This document shows positions 43,801 through 58,159 of a DNA stretch of 64,000 bases, piece after piece. The stretch's first letter is position 1. Each line of letters begins with the position of its first letter. Origin of the DNA: the human T2T-CHM13v2.0 reference genome, Homo sapiens. The position numbers were made by a program, and so were the translations under genes. The notes under the pieces are model-generated. The model was not told where the DNA came from. It worked only from the letters and a program-made list of their open reading frames with translations, and did no database searches. The DNA lies in the NCBI RefSeq assembly GCF_009914755.1, contig NC_060942.1; one strand, 5' to 3'.

Positions 43801-44589
43801 CTGAGCATGTAACAGAAATTTGAGAGGCAATTTGTATTAAAAGATTATAAAGGCCATATATATTATGTTAATGACTATGCATGTGCATGTGTGTGTGTAT
43901 TATTCCCATCTCATAACCAGGAGAAAACTAATTTGTCATTCAAACAATAATAAGCCATAATTGATCATTTATTGTTTCCATTATCTATTTTTTTAAAGCA
44001 GGAAAGTGATGATATACACAATGTTAATGCTAGTGACAGCTGTGATCATAGTCGAGAATAGAAAGAGAGAGAAGAAATCCTTTAGTATAAACTTCTGGTT
44101 CTAACAGCATAGCAGAGAAATAACTTATTTTACAAGTGATATCTCATTGTTTATCTATTTAATAAAAATACATGACCATTGTTATATAGCATTTTCTGAT
44201 TACAAAAGTGATATCACAAACAATGAAAACTGGAGGTAAATGAAGGCATTTTATTTTATTTTATTTTATTTTATTTAATAATGATGCTTATCAGTGGTTG
44301 TAAGTGCCTAGGCATCTTTAGCGTAGCTTTAATCAATTGTAATTTCCTGGTTAATTAAGAACTAATTAAAATTATCTGCTGGAATTATTTAATGTTAATA
44401 TTTACTGCAATGTTTTATATAGTTTAAGAAAATATACACTATAGCACAATCTTTCAACCTACACGAATACCAAGTTATAAAACATTCATTTAAAAATAAA
44501 TTTCAACTATCATCAATAACTCTTTATCCTACTTTCCCTAGTAAGTTAGCTCTGTATTCAGCTTTCTTCATATTTTCCTCCATCTTTAT

Positions 44590-45019
44590 TTATTAAACTT
44601 TTTAATTTTTATTTATTTTTACTTTTATTTTAAGTTCCAGGGTACATGTTCAGGATGTGCAGGTTTGTTAGCTAGGTAAATGTGTGCCATGGTGGTTTGC
44701 TGCACCTATCAATCCATCACCTAGGTATTAAGCTCAGCACGTATTAGCTATTTTTCCTAATGCTCTCCCTCCCCAAATCCCACCCCCTAACATGCCCCAG
44801 TGTGTGTTTTTCCCCTCCCTGTGTCCATGTGTTCTCATTATTCAACATGCAGTGTTTGGTTTTATGTTCCTGCATTAGTGTGCAGAGGATAACGGCTTCC
44901 AGCTCCATCCATGTCCCTGCAAAGGACATGATCTCATTCCTTTTTATGGTTGCATAATATTCCATGATGTATATGTCCACATTTTATTTATCCAGTCTAT
45001 CACTCATGGGCATTTGGGT
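44590..45019 (-). mobile_element. L1PA10/11-like 3' end, 5'-truncated
   Basis: GTACATGTTCAGGATGTGCAGGTTTGTTA..GCCATGGTGGTTTGCTGCACC..CCCTGCAAAGGACATGATCTC. Confidence 0.92.
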
Positions 45020-45978
45020 AGACAATAAAGGCAATTTAAAAGCTTTTGATAAGATATGATAAATTTATATGACATAAAGTTTTTCTAATTTACAATCTAA
45101 ATTATACAGATTGTTCACTCCCTCATTCTCCATTTCCTAAATGGGTACTGACATTTCAGTTGATACTTTCCAATCTCACAGGTAAAATGGTTTATTATTG
45201 TGATTTTAATGTCCACTCTTTTATTAATAGTAAGGGCAAATGTATTTCTAATATTTAATGGTTATAGCTATTTCATTATTTGTAAATACGTGTTTAATAC
45301 CCATATTATGTTCTGCCTATTTACCATAACATCTTTGTGTCACATCTAGTTTGTACATTTTTTCCTGTTTTGTTGTCTATTTTATTACATGGTGATTTTA
45401 CTTCATAGACTTTTTCCCCTCTTCTAAATTTTATGTTCAATTATCTTTATGGAATAAATCTATGATTTTCAAAAATATTTTAAGCTCCCTCTAATCTTTG
45501 TAAATTGAAAATTTGCTGTTAAGACCTTCAAATTCAGCACTAGATCATTTAGCTTCAGGTCACATACTGTTCAGCATTATCTATTTTCATTTAGTTTTTC
45601 TCTAATATCAATATTGAAGGATATGGAAGTTCTTGAGAAGGAAAATGGTTCATTAATTTATTTATTTGCAAAATAATTTCATAATGAATGAGTGAATGAT
45701 GAAAATCAATAGATGTTAGATTACAATAATTAAATGTAAAATTAATTTGGTTCTCAATATCCTGGTACCTTGACACAGTAGTTAGCTAATAAAGTCTGCC
45801 AATGAATTATGTAACAAAATATTTATTAATGATAGATATATTCCCTGATATGAAAGATAAACCCCATCCCATTTGTAGTTACCTAGTGATGTATATGTAG
45901 GCAATTGATTTGCAATAATCAATTTGAATTAAAAATCAAAAAATAGAATGTGTTCACATACTTGAAGAAATATAATTG

Positions 45979-46297
45979 CAGTCATCCCTTGGTATCCATG
46001 GAAAATTGGTTCCAGTATGCCACTTGGATACCAAAATCTGTGAATATCCAAGTCATTGATACAAAATGACAGCATCTGCATAAAACCTACACACATCCTC
46101 CCATATGCTCTAAATTATCTTGATTACCTATAAAATTTAATGCTAAATATATAGTTGTTATACTGAATTGTTCAGGGAATAATGACAAGAAAATGCCTGT
46201 ACATGTTCAGTACAAGTGCAATTTATTTAAAAATATTTTTAGTCTGTGATTGGTTGAATCCACAAATGCAAAGCCCCTGAATATGGAGGCACAATTG
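45979..46297 (+). mobile_element. MER2 DNA transposon
   Basis: CAGTCATCCCTTGGTATCCATGG..TTGGTTCCAG start; GGGAATAATGACAAG; TTGGTTGAATCCAC end; 3' flanking TA. Confidence 0.92.
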
Positions 46298-48379
46298 TAT
46301 GAGTCATAGAAAACATGATTTTCTTGCTATTCAGAACAATAAATCCCAAATAATTTACATATGAAGGCTTCTTTCAAATACACGTCTCTCAAATATAATC
46401 TAGGAGGTTTACTCAAACTTCAGTTTATATCATTGCAAAAAAAATCATATTACAGAAATAAATGTCTTACTTCAATAAGAGAGCTTGAAAAGATGAGCAA
46501 ATACTGGTATTAATCTTGGAAAATCACTACTGATAACGGAAATGTTAATTGGTTAGATTTATCATACAGATTACTTATAAGTCTAAATAGTGTTACTAAC
46601 TGCATGATTTTTGGTTGTTGCAGAATTGGTAATTTAAATTATCTAATGCAGTTTTTAGAAAAAGGACTTGATCTTTAAGCCTGTGCATATAATGCTTGCA
46701 GAAAAATGATTTAATTTCCAAACGTAGTAAATATTCAGTTAATGGAAATATTTTTGGGTCTCTAGCATAAAAAAATCAATGGCACATTGAAATTTATAAG
46801 GAAACATTTTATTTAATTACTTTTTTAAAAAGCTTCCCTTCAAAGCAATATTTTTCTTTCTTATTTTCCCTTTGCTTAAATCATAGAAACCAAGGAGTAC
46901 TTATTTTGTCTAAGGAAGTTGAATCAGGAAAATATTATGCTTACAACTTGCTACACTACACAGAGGAGCAGGAAGCAATGGCCTTGACATGTGTTTTACA
47001 TTCTGACCTTGTATCCAAAGTAACAATGTTTTGACAGGACACATGCTCTGCTGGAGAAGAGATTGCCACACTTCTTTCTGTAGAGGTGATGGGATTGAAC
47101 ACTTAGAAGTAAAACAATTCCTAAGCATTCTTAGCTGGATGTTAATACATATTTGCATCTTTGATTCATTTAACTTTAATATATTTATTTGAGGCAAATT
47201 AAATCCACCTTTCTATTTTGCCTAGTGGTCTAACAACATCCTCCCCAAGATGTAGAAAACAGTGTCGCTCAGTGTTGCCATCACGGTGTCCTTGAGGCAT
47301 TCCATTTCAATACATGCAGGGGGAGAAATAATTAAAGACGGTGAAACAGCAAAGAGTAACAGCCTAGAAAAAAGCCAAGCTACTGTAAGAATCTTAAATG
47401 AGACACTTCTAATAATGAGTTGACTGCAAAATATACTGTTCTGTGAAATATTACCAGCTGGTTTGACCTCTGTTAATATGTAAGATGGCAAATTAAAGCA
47501 ATTTTACGTGTGGTTATGTTAAAGCCCGCTGCTGATTCAGGTACTACCAAATGTGATTTCTTATAGCATTCAAATGCCTAAAATCCAGATATAAACTCCC
47601 AGTGGCAACATGAAAGAGAGGACATTTGCTGCATTAGCTGTTGAGAACCAGTTACTATTAATACAATCGTTAGGTAACTACTCTACTGAAACATAGATTT
47701 TGTAATTATAATGTTTTTCTATACAGCCCAATGGAAGGGGATGGACAAATTGATGAGCACATTCTAATCAGAGCTAATATTCTACATTTGCTTTCTATTT
47801 TATACTATACAATTCAGTACATCCACTAAGTTAAAGGACAAAAATAAATATGCATTTAAATATATTTGTGTAATTTGGATAAGCAAGATGGAGGTAGTGT
47901 AATTGTAGAGAAAAAAATATGTATTACATTGCCTCCTTAAAATACAAATGCATTTAGTGAGGTATTTATTCTTTCATTTCAGATGAAAATTTGGATAGTC
48001 CTCTGAGTTTTCTGGAGAGGCTTAAGTAATTAAAAAATGGTCGTATGGTTACTATGGGTTGCAAAATATATTGTATGATGAAACTTGATTTTATTATATT
48101 TCTAAAAAATGTTTGAGGTAAATTTCTAATTTACCACTTTGTCGAATCCATTTCACATGCTTGCATAAAATCATAATGTCGTTGGATAAAACTGCTTCTT
48201 TGTCAGTCAGGATCTCTGTGGTCATAAGTTAAGATACTTTTCATACAAAGTGCATTGAATAAAAATGTACTCTGTGCCAATGTAGAAGACACTGGCTGAG
48301 ACTTAAGGATACAAGATAAAATAGAAGCAATTTTCCCCTAAGACAGCAGTACTGGTGAAGAGATAAGATGCAAACTCCA

Positions 48380-48652
48380 GGCTGGGCACCATGGCTCATG
48401 CCTGTAATCCCAGCACTTTGGGAAGCTGAGGCAGGCAGATCACCTGAGGTCAAGAGTTCAAGACCAGCCTGGCCAACATGGTGAAACCCTGTCTCTACAA
48501 AAAATACAAAAATTAGCCAGGCATGGTGGTGCACACCTGTAATTTCAGCTACTTGGGAGGCTGAGACAGGAGAATTGCCTGCTGAGCCAAGATTGTGCCA
48601 CTGCACTCCAGCCTGGGTGACAGACCAAGACACTGTCTCAAAAAAAAAAAAA
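48380..48652 (+). mobile_element. AluSx-like element with ~25-nt right-arm deletion
   Basis: GGAGAATTGCCTG joins directly to CTGAGCCAAG. Confidence 0.96.
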
Positions 48653-48900
48653 GATAAAAAAATATGTACCCCAATAAATAAATAGAATATTCATCATCTT
48701 CTCTTGTTAATTAACATAATAAATATTTAGAAGATAAATAAGAATACAGAAGTTCTGAAAAGACTCAACTTACTTGAACCAACTGATATTTACGGAAGAC
48801 TCTACCCAATAAAAGCAGGAAAAACATTTTTCTCAAACGCATGTGAAAGATTCACTAAAATAGAACATATTGTGGCTATTTTTTAAAAAAGCCTTAGCAA

Positions 48901-49193
<293 letters not shown>

Positions 49194-49194
49194 T

Positions 49195-49308
49195 AGATAT
49201 TTTTTGGCTACTTATTTCTAGTTCTATTATAGCCACAAAGTATGTTTTGTGACTATAATATGTTGTGAGACTATAATAGAACTAGAAATAAGTAGCCGAA
49301 AAATATCT
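49195..49308. repeat. Inverted repeat: 38-bp arms (49195-49232 and 49271-49308), 38-bp spacer
   Basis: 37/38 complementary by hand count. Confidence 0.97.
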
Positions 49309-49824
49309 GGAAAATCCCCAATTATTGGGAATCTAAGCTACATACACATTTAAAAATCTCATGGATCAGAAAGGGTGTCTCAAGGAAGGCTTAAAAATAT
49401 TTTTATCAAAATGAAGGTGAAAATACAGCATCAAAATGTGTGGGATGCATCTAAAGCAATTCTTAAAGAAACATAATATAGTTATTATATTAAAGAAGAA
49501 GGATCTGAAGTAAATAATATAAGATTTCACCTTACACATTATGAGAAAGAAGAAAAGGTTAAATATAATGGTGGCACAAATAAGAAAATAAAAAAGTATA
49601 GTATTGGCAGTGAAAAAAATAGACATATAGACCAATGGAACAGAACACAATACATACTCCAGACATCAACCCATACAAACCCATCTAATTACTGACAAAG
49701 GGTAAAGGCATTTCAAAGGACAAATGATAGTTATTTCAACAGATGCTTTTGGAACAACTGGACTTCCTCATTAAGAAAAGTGAATCTAGACACAGATAAT
49801 ATGCCTTTCACCAAAATTAACCAC

Positions 49825-52800
49825 CGGCCCAGGCAGTCTCTTTGGTTCCATTGGTTTGTGACTCCCCTGGCTCTCCAGGAGACACTGGTGGCTGGATAGC
49901 ACCAGCAAAGAGGACCCGGACACAATAGGCAACTTGGCCCAGAAAGTCTTTTTGTCCACATGAGCCTGAGACTCCCTCCCTTGCCTAGAGACACTGGAGA
50001 GACTGAAGGACATTGGCAAAGAGATCACACAGAGATCACAAGCAGGACAACAAGGGAAACTTCTTTGTGTCTTTGTGAGCCTAAGAAGCCCCTGCCCTGA
50101 TCAAAGCTGTCAGGGTGGTGAAGGAACACCACATAGAAACGTGCTAAAACAAGAACCTCATCGTTCCAGTCAGGTTGAGACTCTTCTGCCTGTCGTAGAG
50201 ACACCAGACAGCCCATCCTATAGAAACTCATTTTGCCAAGTCAGGCAGCACAAGCAGGGACCAGTAGGAGCCTCAGTAAAACAAAGTAGGCCACAATGTC
50301 ACTGAAATGGCCCTAAAAATTAAAATTCTATCAGAACCACAGACACAAATGTACGCCTGTACCTGCATGCTAAATCTAAAAAGTCATGCCTGATAAAATG
50401 AAAAAAAAAAAAACTGCAACAATCAATTACAAATTTTCTTCAAAGTATAAAAAAGTAAATGTCAGCAAAGAAATAGATAGAAGTTATATGAAAGACCCAG
50501 ATAGCAGAAACAAATAGACTGAAAAAATTATTACCAGAGTCTAAGGGATTTGAGGGATTGTATCTAACAATTTGGCATGTATATTATCGGATTCCCCAAA
50601 GACAAGGAGAGAGTAGGGATGAAAGCATATTCAAAGAAATAATAGTTGAAAAATTCCCAAATTCGACCAAAGACGCAAACCTACAAATTCAAGAAGCAGA
50701 ATTTCAAATGACATAAATTCTAAGAAAACCATGCCAAACCACATAAACCTGTGAAAACCAAATACAAATTAAAAATCTTGACAGTATCCAGGGAGAAACA
50801 ATGCATTACCTAGAGAGGACTGCTAAATCAAATGACAGTGGTTTGCCTATCCAAAATCAGGGAGTTCAGAACAAGAGGCACTACATTTTTCAAGAGCTAA
50901 AAACCCCTATCAATTATGAATTCTACATCTTCAAAAACTCTCCTTTATGAATAAAAGTAAAATAGACATTCACATATGAAGAAAAAAATATGTATAGCTA
51001 GCAAACCTACTTTTAAGGATTAGCTCAAGGAAGTTCCTCATAAAGACAGGACACGGCAAGAGAAAAACTCTTAGAACATCAGAAAAGAAAAACAATGGTA
51101 AAAGCAGAAATGTGAGTGTATAAAATAGATTATTTTTCCCGTAATATTTTAAATCACGTTTGATGATTGAAACAAAAATTATACCACCATCTAATACTCA
51201 AGACAATAATATTTGAAAGTGGGAAAGGTATATTAAATGGGATTAGAGATGTAAATTGAACCAAAAGGGACCTAAATGGATGTGAGGTTTTCATTAGTTG
51301 ATATTATCAGTTTGTGATGTGTCACAACTTTAATTATAATATCCGGAGTAAGTACCACTAAAACTATATGAAGAGATAAACTCAAAGACACTATAAATAA
51401 ATCAAGAGAAACAAAGGAGCTAGAAATAGAGGAACCCAACAGCCAGCAAATAATATAAGATACTTCAGTGCTGACATTTCAATAATTACCTTAAATGGAA
51501 ATAGTCTAAATATACCAATCAAAAGAAAGAAATTGTAATAAAATACATGCACACACAAATACAATAGTACATCACTTAAAAGTACATTCCTTCAAATTGA
51601 CTCCAGCTATTAAAAGGGTGTCAAGAGAATACTATAGATAACTTTATGTTTACATACTTATGTGTTAAGTTAGGAGTTAACTGATTACTCAAAACCACAA
51701 ACTACTAAAACTCAATCAAGATGGAATAGCTAATCCAGTTGGTTCTCTAATCATTAAAAGAATTAAATTTTAATTAGAATACTCTAAAAGGAAATCCAGA
51801 GTTTCCTGTTTTATCAGTGTAGAAGTGTAAAAACTTTTAAAACAGTATTAACACCAATTCCCTGAAAGAAATAATACAGAGAGCTCCCATATACATATCT
51901 CATATACATACTGTAGTACAAAGTCACAACAAGATTATTGACAGCAGTAAAATCAACAGATCTTATTCACATTTTCACAGTTTAGCTACTACTCATTTGT
52001 ATGTGTATGTACATTTAGTTCCGTAGAACAGACTAGGTATCCTTCACTGGGTAAACGTAAATCTTTTTCAAAACATGTAAGAAAAGGAACAGTTCCCAAT
52101 TCATTTTAGGAGATCAGTATTGTCATGATTCTAAAACCATAGAGAGTACCATAAAAAATAAAATTAAGAAAAAATATAGAACAATATATCTCATAAACAC
52201 AGAAGTAAATATCCTCAAAAATAATGGAAAGTCAAATCAAGCAATGTACAAAAGGAATTCTAAACCCTGAACAAAGTATAGTTTATTGCAAGGATGCCAG
52301 GCTGATTCAAAATTCAAAAATCAGTCAGTATAATCACCATATCAAATGTTTAGAAAAGAAATGTATGAAAATATCAATTGATACATGAAAAGCATTTTTA
52401 AAAATCCAACATCCATTCTGAGCAAAAATTCTCTAAGTTAGAATTAGTAGGGAATTATTTCAACTTGATAAGTAACATCTTGAAAAGCTACAGCTATTAA
52501 CATAATTAATGGTGAAAGATTGAGTGTGTCCCCCCAAATCAAGAACAATGTAAGGATGTTTGCTCTCACCACTATTATTCAAAATAGTACTTATACAACA
52601 TAAAGTGATTATAGTCACTGCAATAAGACAAGAAAAATAATTAGAAAGGCATAAAGATTGGAAACAAACATGGTTGCTATATAGAAAATCCGAATGCATC
52701 TACAAAAACCTAATAGAACCAATAAGTGAGTTCATCAGGACTGCAGATTACAAAAGCCACAAACAAACATTAATTGCATTTTGTGTAAATGATTATATAA

Positions 52801-54220
52801 AAACAATTTTTTAAATGCCATTCATAATATTTCAAAATAAATGAAATATCTCAAGTATACACTTAAAAAGGTTTGTACAAACTCTATATGCTGAATGTTA
52901 ACAAATATAGATGAAATAAATCAAATAAGATTTAATAAATGAAGAGACATACTGTGTTCATATATTGGAAGACTCAACAAAGTACAGATGTCATTTTTTC
53001 TCAAAGTGATCTATAAGCTTAATACTATTTCTATCAAGATCTCATCTGGTTTATTGTAAAATAGATAAGCTTATCATAGTATCTAGCATTGCTGAAACAG
53101 CCTTGACAAAGAAAAATAAAGTATATGACACTATTCAATATTAAGCCTTACTATACAGTGACAGTAGCTAAGACTGGTGATAGATGCATAGATAGATATA
53201 TAGATCAATGGAACAGAATAGAGTACTTAAAAATAGACGTACACAAATAAGCTCCTCTGATTTTTCACAAATTTGCAGAAGAAATTCAATTCATTAGAGG
53301 AAGAAGAGCCTTTTCAACAATAGGGGCTAGAGCTGGAGCAATGAGACACCTATGCAAAAAATAAGAAAGAAAGAAAAAAGAACATCAATCTAGACCTTAT
53401 TTATACCTTATACAAAAAATAAGTTAACTAAAAGTTGACAATGGACAGTTTCTTAATAAACTAAACAAGCAACTTCCATATAACCAGAAATTATACTCTT
53501 TGGCATTTTCAAAAGAAAATTATGCTCAAAAAGTTTGTAAATAAATGTTCATACTAGATTAATTTGTGAGAGCCAATAACTGAGAATGGACCAATATCCT
53601 TCATTGGGTAAATGGTTAAACAAACCGTGGTACATACATACCATGAAATGTCAGTAATAAAAAATAAATATATGACTAATATGTGTAACACTTGGATGAA
53701 ACTGCAGAAAATTATGCTGAATGATTTTTAAAACCCCAGTGGTATACAAACTATGATTCCATCTATATGGCATTTTGAAATGGCATTATTTTTAAAATAG
53801 AGAACAGCTGAGTGGTTGCTGGGGTGAGGGACAGGGGTGGGAGCACCAAAGGGGATGTAGTTATAAAAGAGTAACACAAGAGATCCTTGTGATGATGCAA
53901 CTTTTCAGAATCTTCATCAAAATGGTGGTTGTACAAACATACACAAGTGATCAACTACAGAACCAAATCTACAGACACACACAAATAAATAAATAAATAA
54001 ATAGTAAAACTGGGATGGTGTGAATAAGAACTGTGGATTTTATTACCCTTAATATTTTGATTGTGACTTTGTACTATAGTTTTACAAAATGGTGCCACTG
54101 GGGAAACTACGTATATGGGAGCTCTTTGTGTTACTTCTTACTACTGCCTGTGAATTTCTACTTATCTCAATAAAAATCCATACTCGGTTGGGATGCTGTA
54201 AACTTAAAAAAAAAAAAAAA
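49825..54220 (+). mobile_element. Decayed, internally deleted L1MC1/2-type element (5' UTR part, ORF1, ORF2, 3' UTR, poly(A))
   Basis: GC-richer 5' UTR with GAGACTC..TAGAGACAC subrepeats; ORF1 motifs (CAAACCTACAAATTCAAGAAGC); RT motifs (CTCTCACCACTATTATTCAA); L1MC-type 3' end and AATAAA near 54169. Confidence 0.82.
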
Positions 54221-54229
54221 GAAAAGAAT

Positions 54230-55050
54230 AAAAAAGTCCTGATGAATGAAATCAAAGAAGAGCCAAATAAATGAAGAGGTACTCTACGTATAGAGATTGG
54301 ATCAATCAATACTATTAAAATGTCAATTCTCCACAATTTAATCCAAATGAATCAGTCAAAATCCCAGAAGGGTTTCTTTCAGATATCATCAAGTTAATTT
54401 TAAGCATATATGGAGATAAAAGGATCTAGAAGAGCCAAAATAATTTTCAAAAAAGCTATAGTAGTCAACAGAGTGTGCCTACACAAATACAGTAAATGAC
54501 TTTTAACAAAGGTACAAAGGCAGCTCAATAGAGAATGAAGAGTCTTCAAGAAATGGTAATGAAATAAATGGATGTCCACATGTAAAATCACACGAACCTT
54601 GACACATACCTCACAGCTTAAAGGAAAGAAAACGCAAAACTCAAAGTGGGTCATAGACTCTAATAGAAAGTATAAAAATACGAGATATATTTATAGAAGA
54701 AAATATAGGAGAAACCCTGTGTGACCTTAGATTAAGCAAGAGTTTTTAACTATGACACAAACAACACAAATCTGAAAAGAAAAATATTGATATATTCGAG
54801 TTTAGCAAAATCAAAAATTGTGCTTTGCCAAAGACACTCTTAATAGAATGAAAAGGCAAGCCACAGACTGAGATATATATATTTGGAAATTACAAATTTC
54901 CTGGATTTATGCCAGGAAAATATAAACTTTTGAAACTCATAAAAAATGGGCAAAACATCTGAATAGACATTTCATTAAAGATGACATACAGAAGATAAGT
55001 GATGTACAAAAGAAGTTCAACATCATTAGTCATTAGAGTCACCAAATAAA
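54230..55050 (+). mobile_element. L1M ORF2 3' fragment
   Basis: AAAATGTCAATTCTCC, GAAGAGCCAAAATAATTTT, GAATGAAAAGGCAAGCCACAGACTG, AAAATGGGCAAAA. Confidence 0.8.
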
Positions 55051-56355
55051 ATCTCAAGAAATCTCTGAATCATCTAAGTATTTTCTCATTCTCTTTCTCT
55101 CCTCTTTCTTAACTCCCACCTTACTGTTCTTTTTCTTTTTTAATATTATGAAGAGACATAACTTATACTTTTAAGCAAATAGCAGTTACAAATCATTAAC
55201 CAAAAGCAATAAGCACAGTGTTCCTTGCTTGGCAGATTGTTTTTATAACGTTTTTTGGTGACTATTTATTCAGGAAGCTGTATGAGAAAACATTCAATGC
55301 ACATACACTGGTTCACTTTTTGTGGTGCCTTAGCTTGAAAAATTCACTGATATTGAGAAGATAAATAACAAACAGAATTTATGAGAATTCGCTATAAATT
55401 TCCATCAGTAACATTAAAGAGGATAGTTATATCATATAAGGCAAAGTCTGAAAATAGTATATATAGCAAATAGGGCCAAATAGAGTAGCAAAACAAGATT
55501 TATTGAGTACATTAAATTAAATTATATATGTATATAAATAGTGCTTAATTATTATGTACACATATAAATGTATGCCTATATAGAAGTATGGAAATATATA
55601 TTTATAAATGTATAGGTGTACATACACACATTTATATAGTTTTTCTATATTAAATTGCCTTTAAAATTCCTGATATAATTTTTATACTTTAGTTTATAAT
55701 TTGTGTTACTGAATCCCTTGACTATTCAAAACAAATGTATATATATATGTATAATATATTAAAAATAATCAAATGCCTATTTGTTTTATGTACTTACAAG
55801 CTGCAAAAGATTTCGCACCTTTGTTATATTCTTCTGTTAACTTCATTTCTTTTAATGCTGTGTATCTATTTATTATTTGCAGGGTCATACACTGATAATA
55901 TTTCACACATGAAGATTTATCTTGAATGGTTTTTACTATTCAGAATAATTCTAGGTCTGAGGTAAAATGACCCTCTTTGATTCCTCCAGCACACTGCATT
56001 TCATAAACAATATGATCAGTTCTATTGCTGTGATATACCAGCTCATCAATCTTAAGAAAGTATCAGTTACGATGAACTCAGAGTTCTTTAAGTCAAAATA
56101 TGTAATTATTTTTATACAGCAGATAAAGCATAATGTAGGGGTAGAATAGGTGACTCATTAGAGACCATAGCCACTCTGCATACATGCTGCTCCCAGCATC
56201 TAAACACTTTTATTTCTTTCCTTAGTTCTTCCTACTCTCTCTCACTCGACACTCAGTGTTGATCTTCAAACACTGATCTTCAGAATACCTTCACTGTTAG
56301 CCATTTGCTTTCAAATAATGGTGTTTAATTGTGGGAAAGTTAAAAAAAAAGTGCT

Positions 56356-56820
56356 TGTGATGGTTAATTTTAGGTGTCAATCTGACTAGATTAAGAAATA
56401 TCCAGAGACCTGGTAAAGCATTATTTTGGGGTGTGTCTGTGAGGGCACTTCCAGAAGAGATTTTGTGTAAGTATGAGTGGACTAAGTAGGGACCATCTAC
56501 CCTCAATGTGGGTGGGTACCATTCAATGGCTGGAGACCCAGAAGCAGCAAAAAGGAGGAAAGGTGAACTGTGCTCTCTCTGTCTCCTGGAGCTTGGGTAC
56601 ACTCTTCTCCTACCATTGAACATCAGAACTCTAGGCTCTCTGGCCTTTGGACTCCAGGACTTATACCAGTGCCCTGCCAGGTTCTCAGGCATTTGGCCTT
56701 AAACCGAGCCATGCTACCGGTGTCCCAGGATCTCTGGCTTGCAGATGGCCTGTAGTGGAACTTCTCAGTCTCCATAATCACATGATTAATTCCCCTAATA
56801 AATCCCCTCTCTATCTATAC

Positions 56821-56880
<60 letters not shown>

Positions 56881-56930
56881 GTCTATCCATGCTATTGGTT
56901 CTGTCTCTCTGAAGACCCCTGACTAATACA
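56356..56930 (+). mobile_element. MLT2B-like ERVL solo LTR containing (ATCT)15
   Basis: TGTGATGGTTAATTTTAGGTGTCAA...CCTGACTAATACA; perfect 5-bp TSD GTGCT; tetranucleotide STR at 56821-56880. Confidence 0.94.
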
Positions 56931-57120
56931 GTGCTTAAGGAGAACTCTCAGAGTCAAATTTAAGTTGTATTTTTGTGTCTACTGCTATTTATGTAACCTT
57001 TTGCAGATTCCTAACCCTGATTTCTGATTTTTAATACTGAAATAAGTTCAGCAAGTTATTTTAGATAATGTATATAAAGGGATTAACATTGCGTATCATA
57101 AAGACTAAATGGTATCATTA
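56931..57120 (+). mobile_element. MIR, decayed
   Basis: CTCTCAGAGTCA..TGTAACCTT..GATAATGTATATAAAG motif order. Confidence 0.5.
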
Positions 57121-58159
57121 TACTTATGTGTTAATTTTCTTGTTATTTTGTGTTTGGTTATTCTGTCTTAAAGACAATCATTACTATTGAGGATAGTCTT
57201 GCTTTAAAATATTTATAATTATTTAATAATAATGAGAAAGATATAAATTACTAGATATTTCTTATTTTCTAAAGTAAGAGTGCTCTTATTTTCTGGAAAG
57301 AAAGAGTATAGAAGGTAGGTACAAAACATACATATATCTACATTTTTAATAGCTTTAGGCTAGTTTGAGGAAAATATTTTTCACATCAAAGGCATTATAT
57401 CAAACCTGCCATCCTCTACTTTATACATATTAAAGAGTAATCAAAGAAATGGAGAAGAAACCATGTGGGAACGAACAACAAATAGGGAATTGCTTATCAT
57501 TGCAGTTTTAGTAGGATCATAAATGATAATTTTTCTTCTATTTTTAAGTTCTGGCTGAGGTCACATACTGGAAAGAAAAGACCAATTTTTAAAAACACTT
57601 AAAAAAAGAGAGAGAGGTCCATTCCCTTTCTAAAAAGCAGATAAAATAATGAATACAAACTTTTCTCATCTTCCAACTCTTGGCATTGTAATAGTACAGT
57701 AAGTTAAATGTCACTTAAAGCAAAGGGAAAAATAATTTAGATAAAATTCACAGGAGTAGAGCACACTGGGAAAACCACACTTGCTACAATGAGAATAGAG
57801 TGTTTCAGATCAATTCTTCCATGAAAAACAATTTAAAAAGCTGAGGAAATGATTACAAATATTTCCGAATACTATCAAGGAAACAGGTATTTCCAAAGAA
57901 AGGAGAGTTTTAGAATTTGAATCAAAGAGCAAAATAATTCCAGAGGGCAAGGCTGGTGTTTGGTGTTGTATTCCTGTTTTAAATATTTGTCCATCTCAAA
58001 ACTATGAGACAGATACACAGAAGTTCAGCAAACTCAACCTACACACAGAACTGCGGTAGGGAGGATCATTAAAAAAAATAAAGCTCAAAGCCAAATAAAA
58101 ATTAGGCGCATTGATAACAACTCCAGGCTTTCCCATCGGAACTGATGTTAAGATAAACG

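Noticed and set aside
47205-48031. Acceptor-like sites at ~47225 and ~47982
   Set aside because: The first has stops in all three frames and the second has a weak donor; no support without transcript data.
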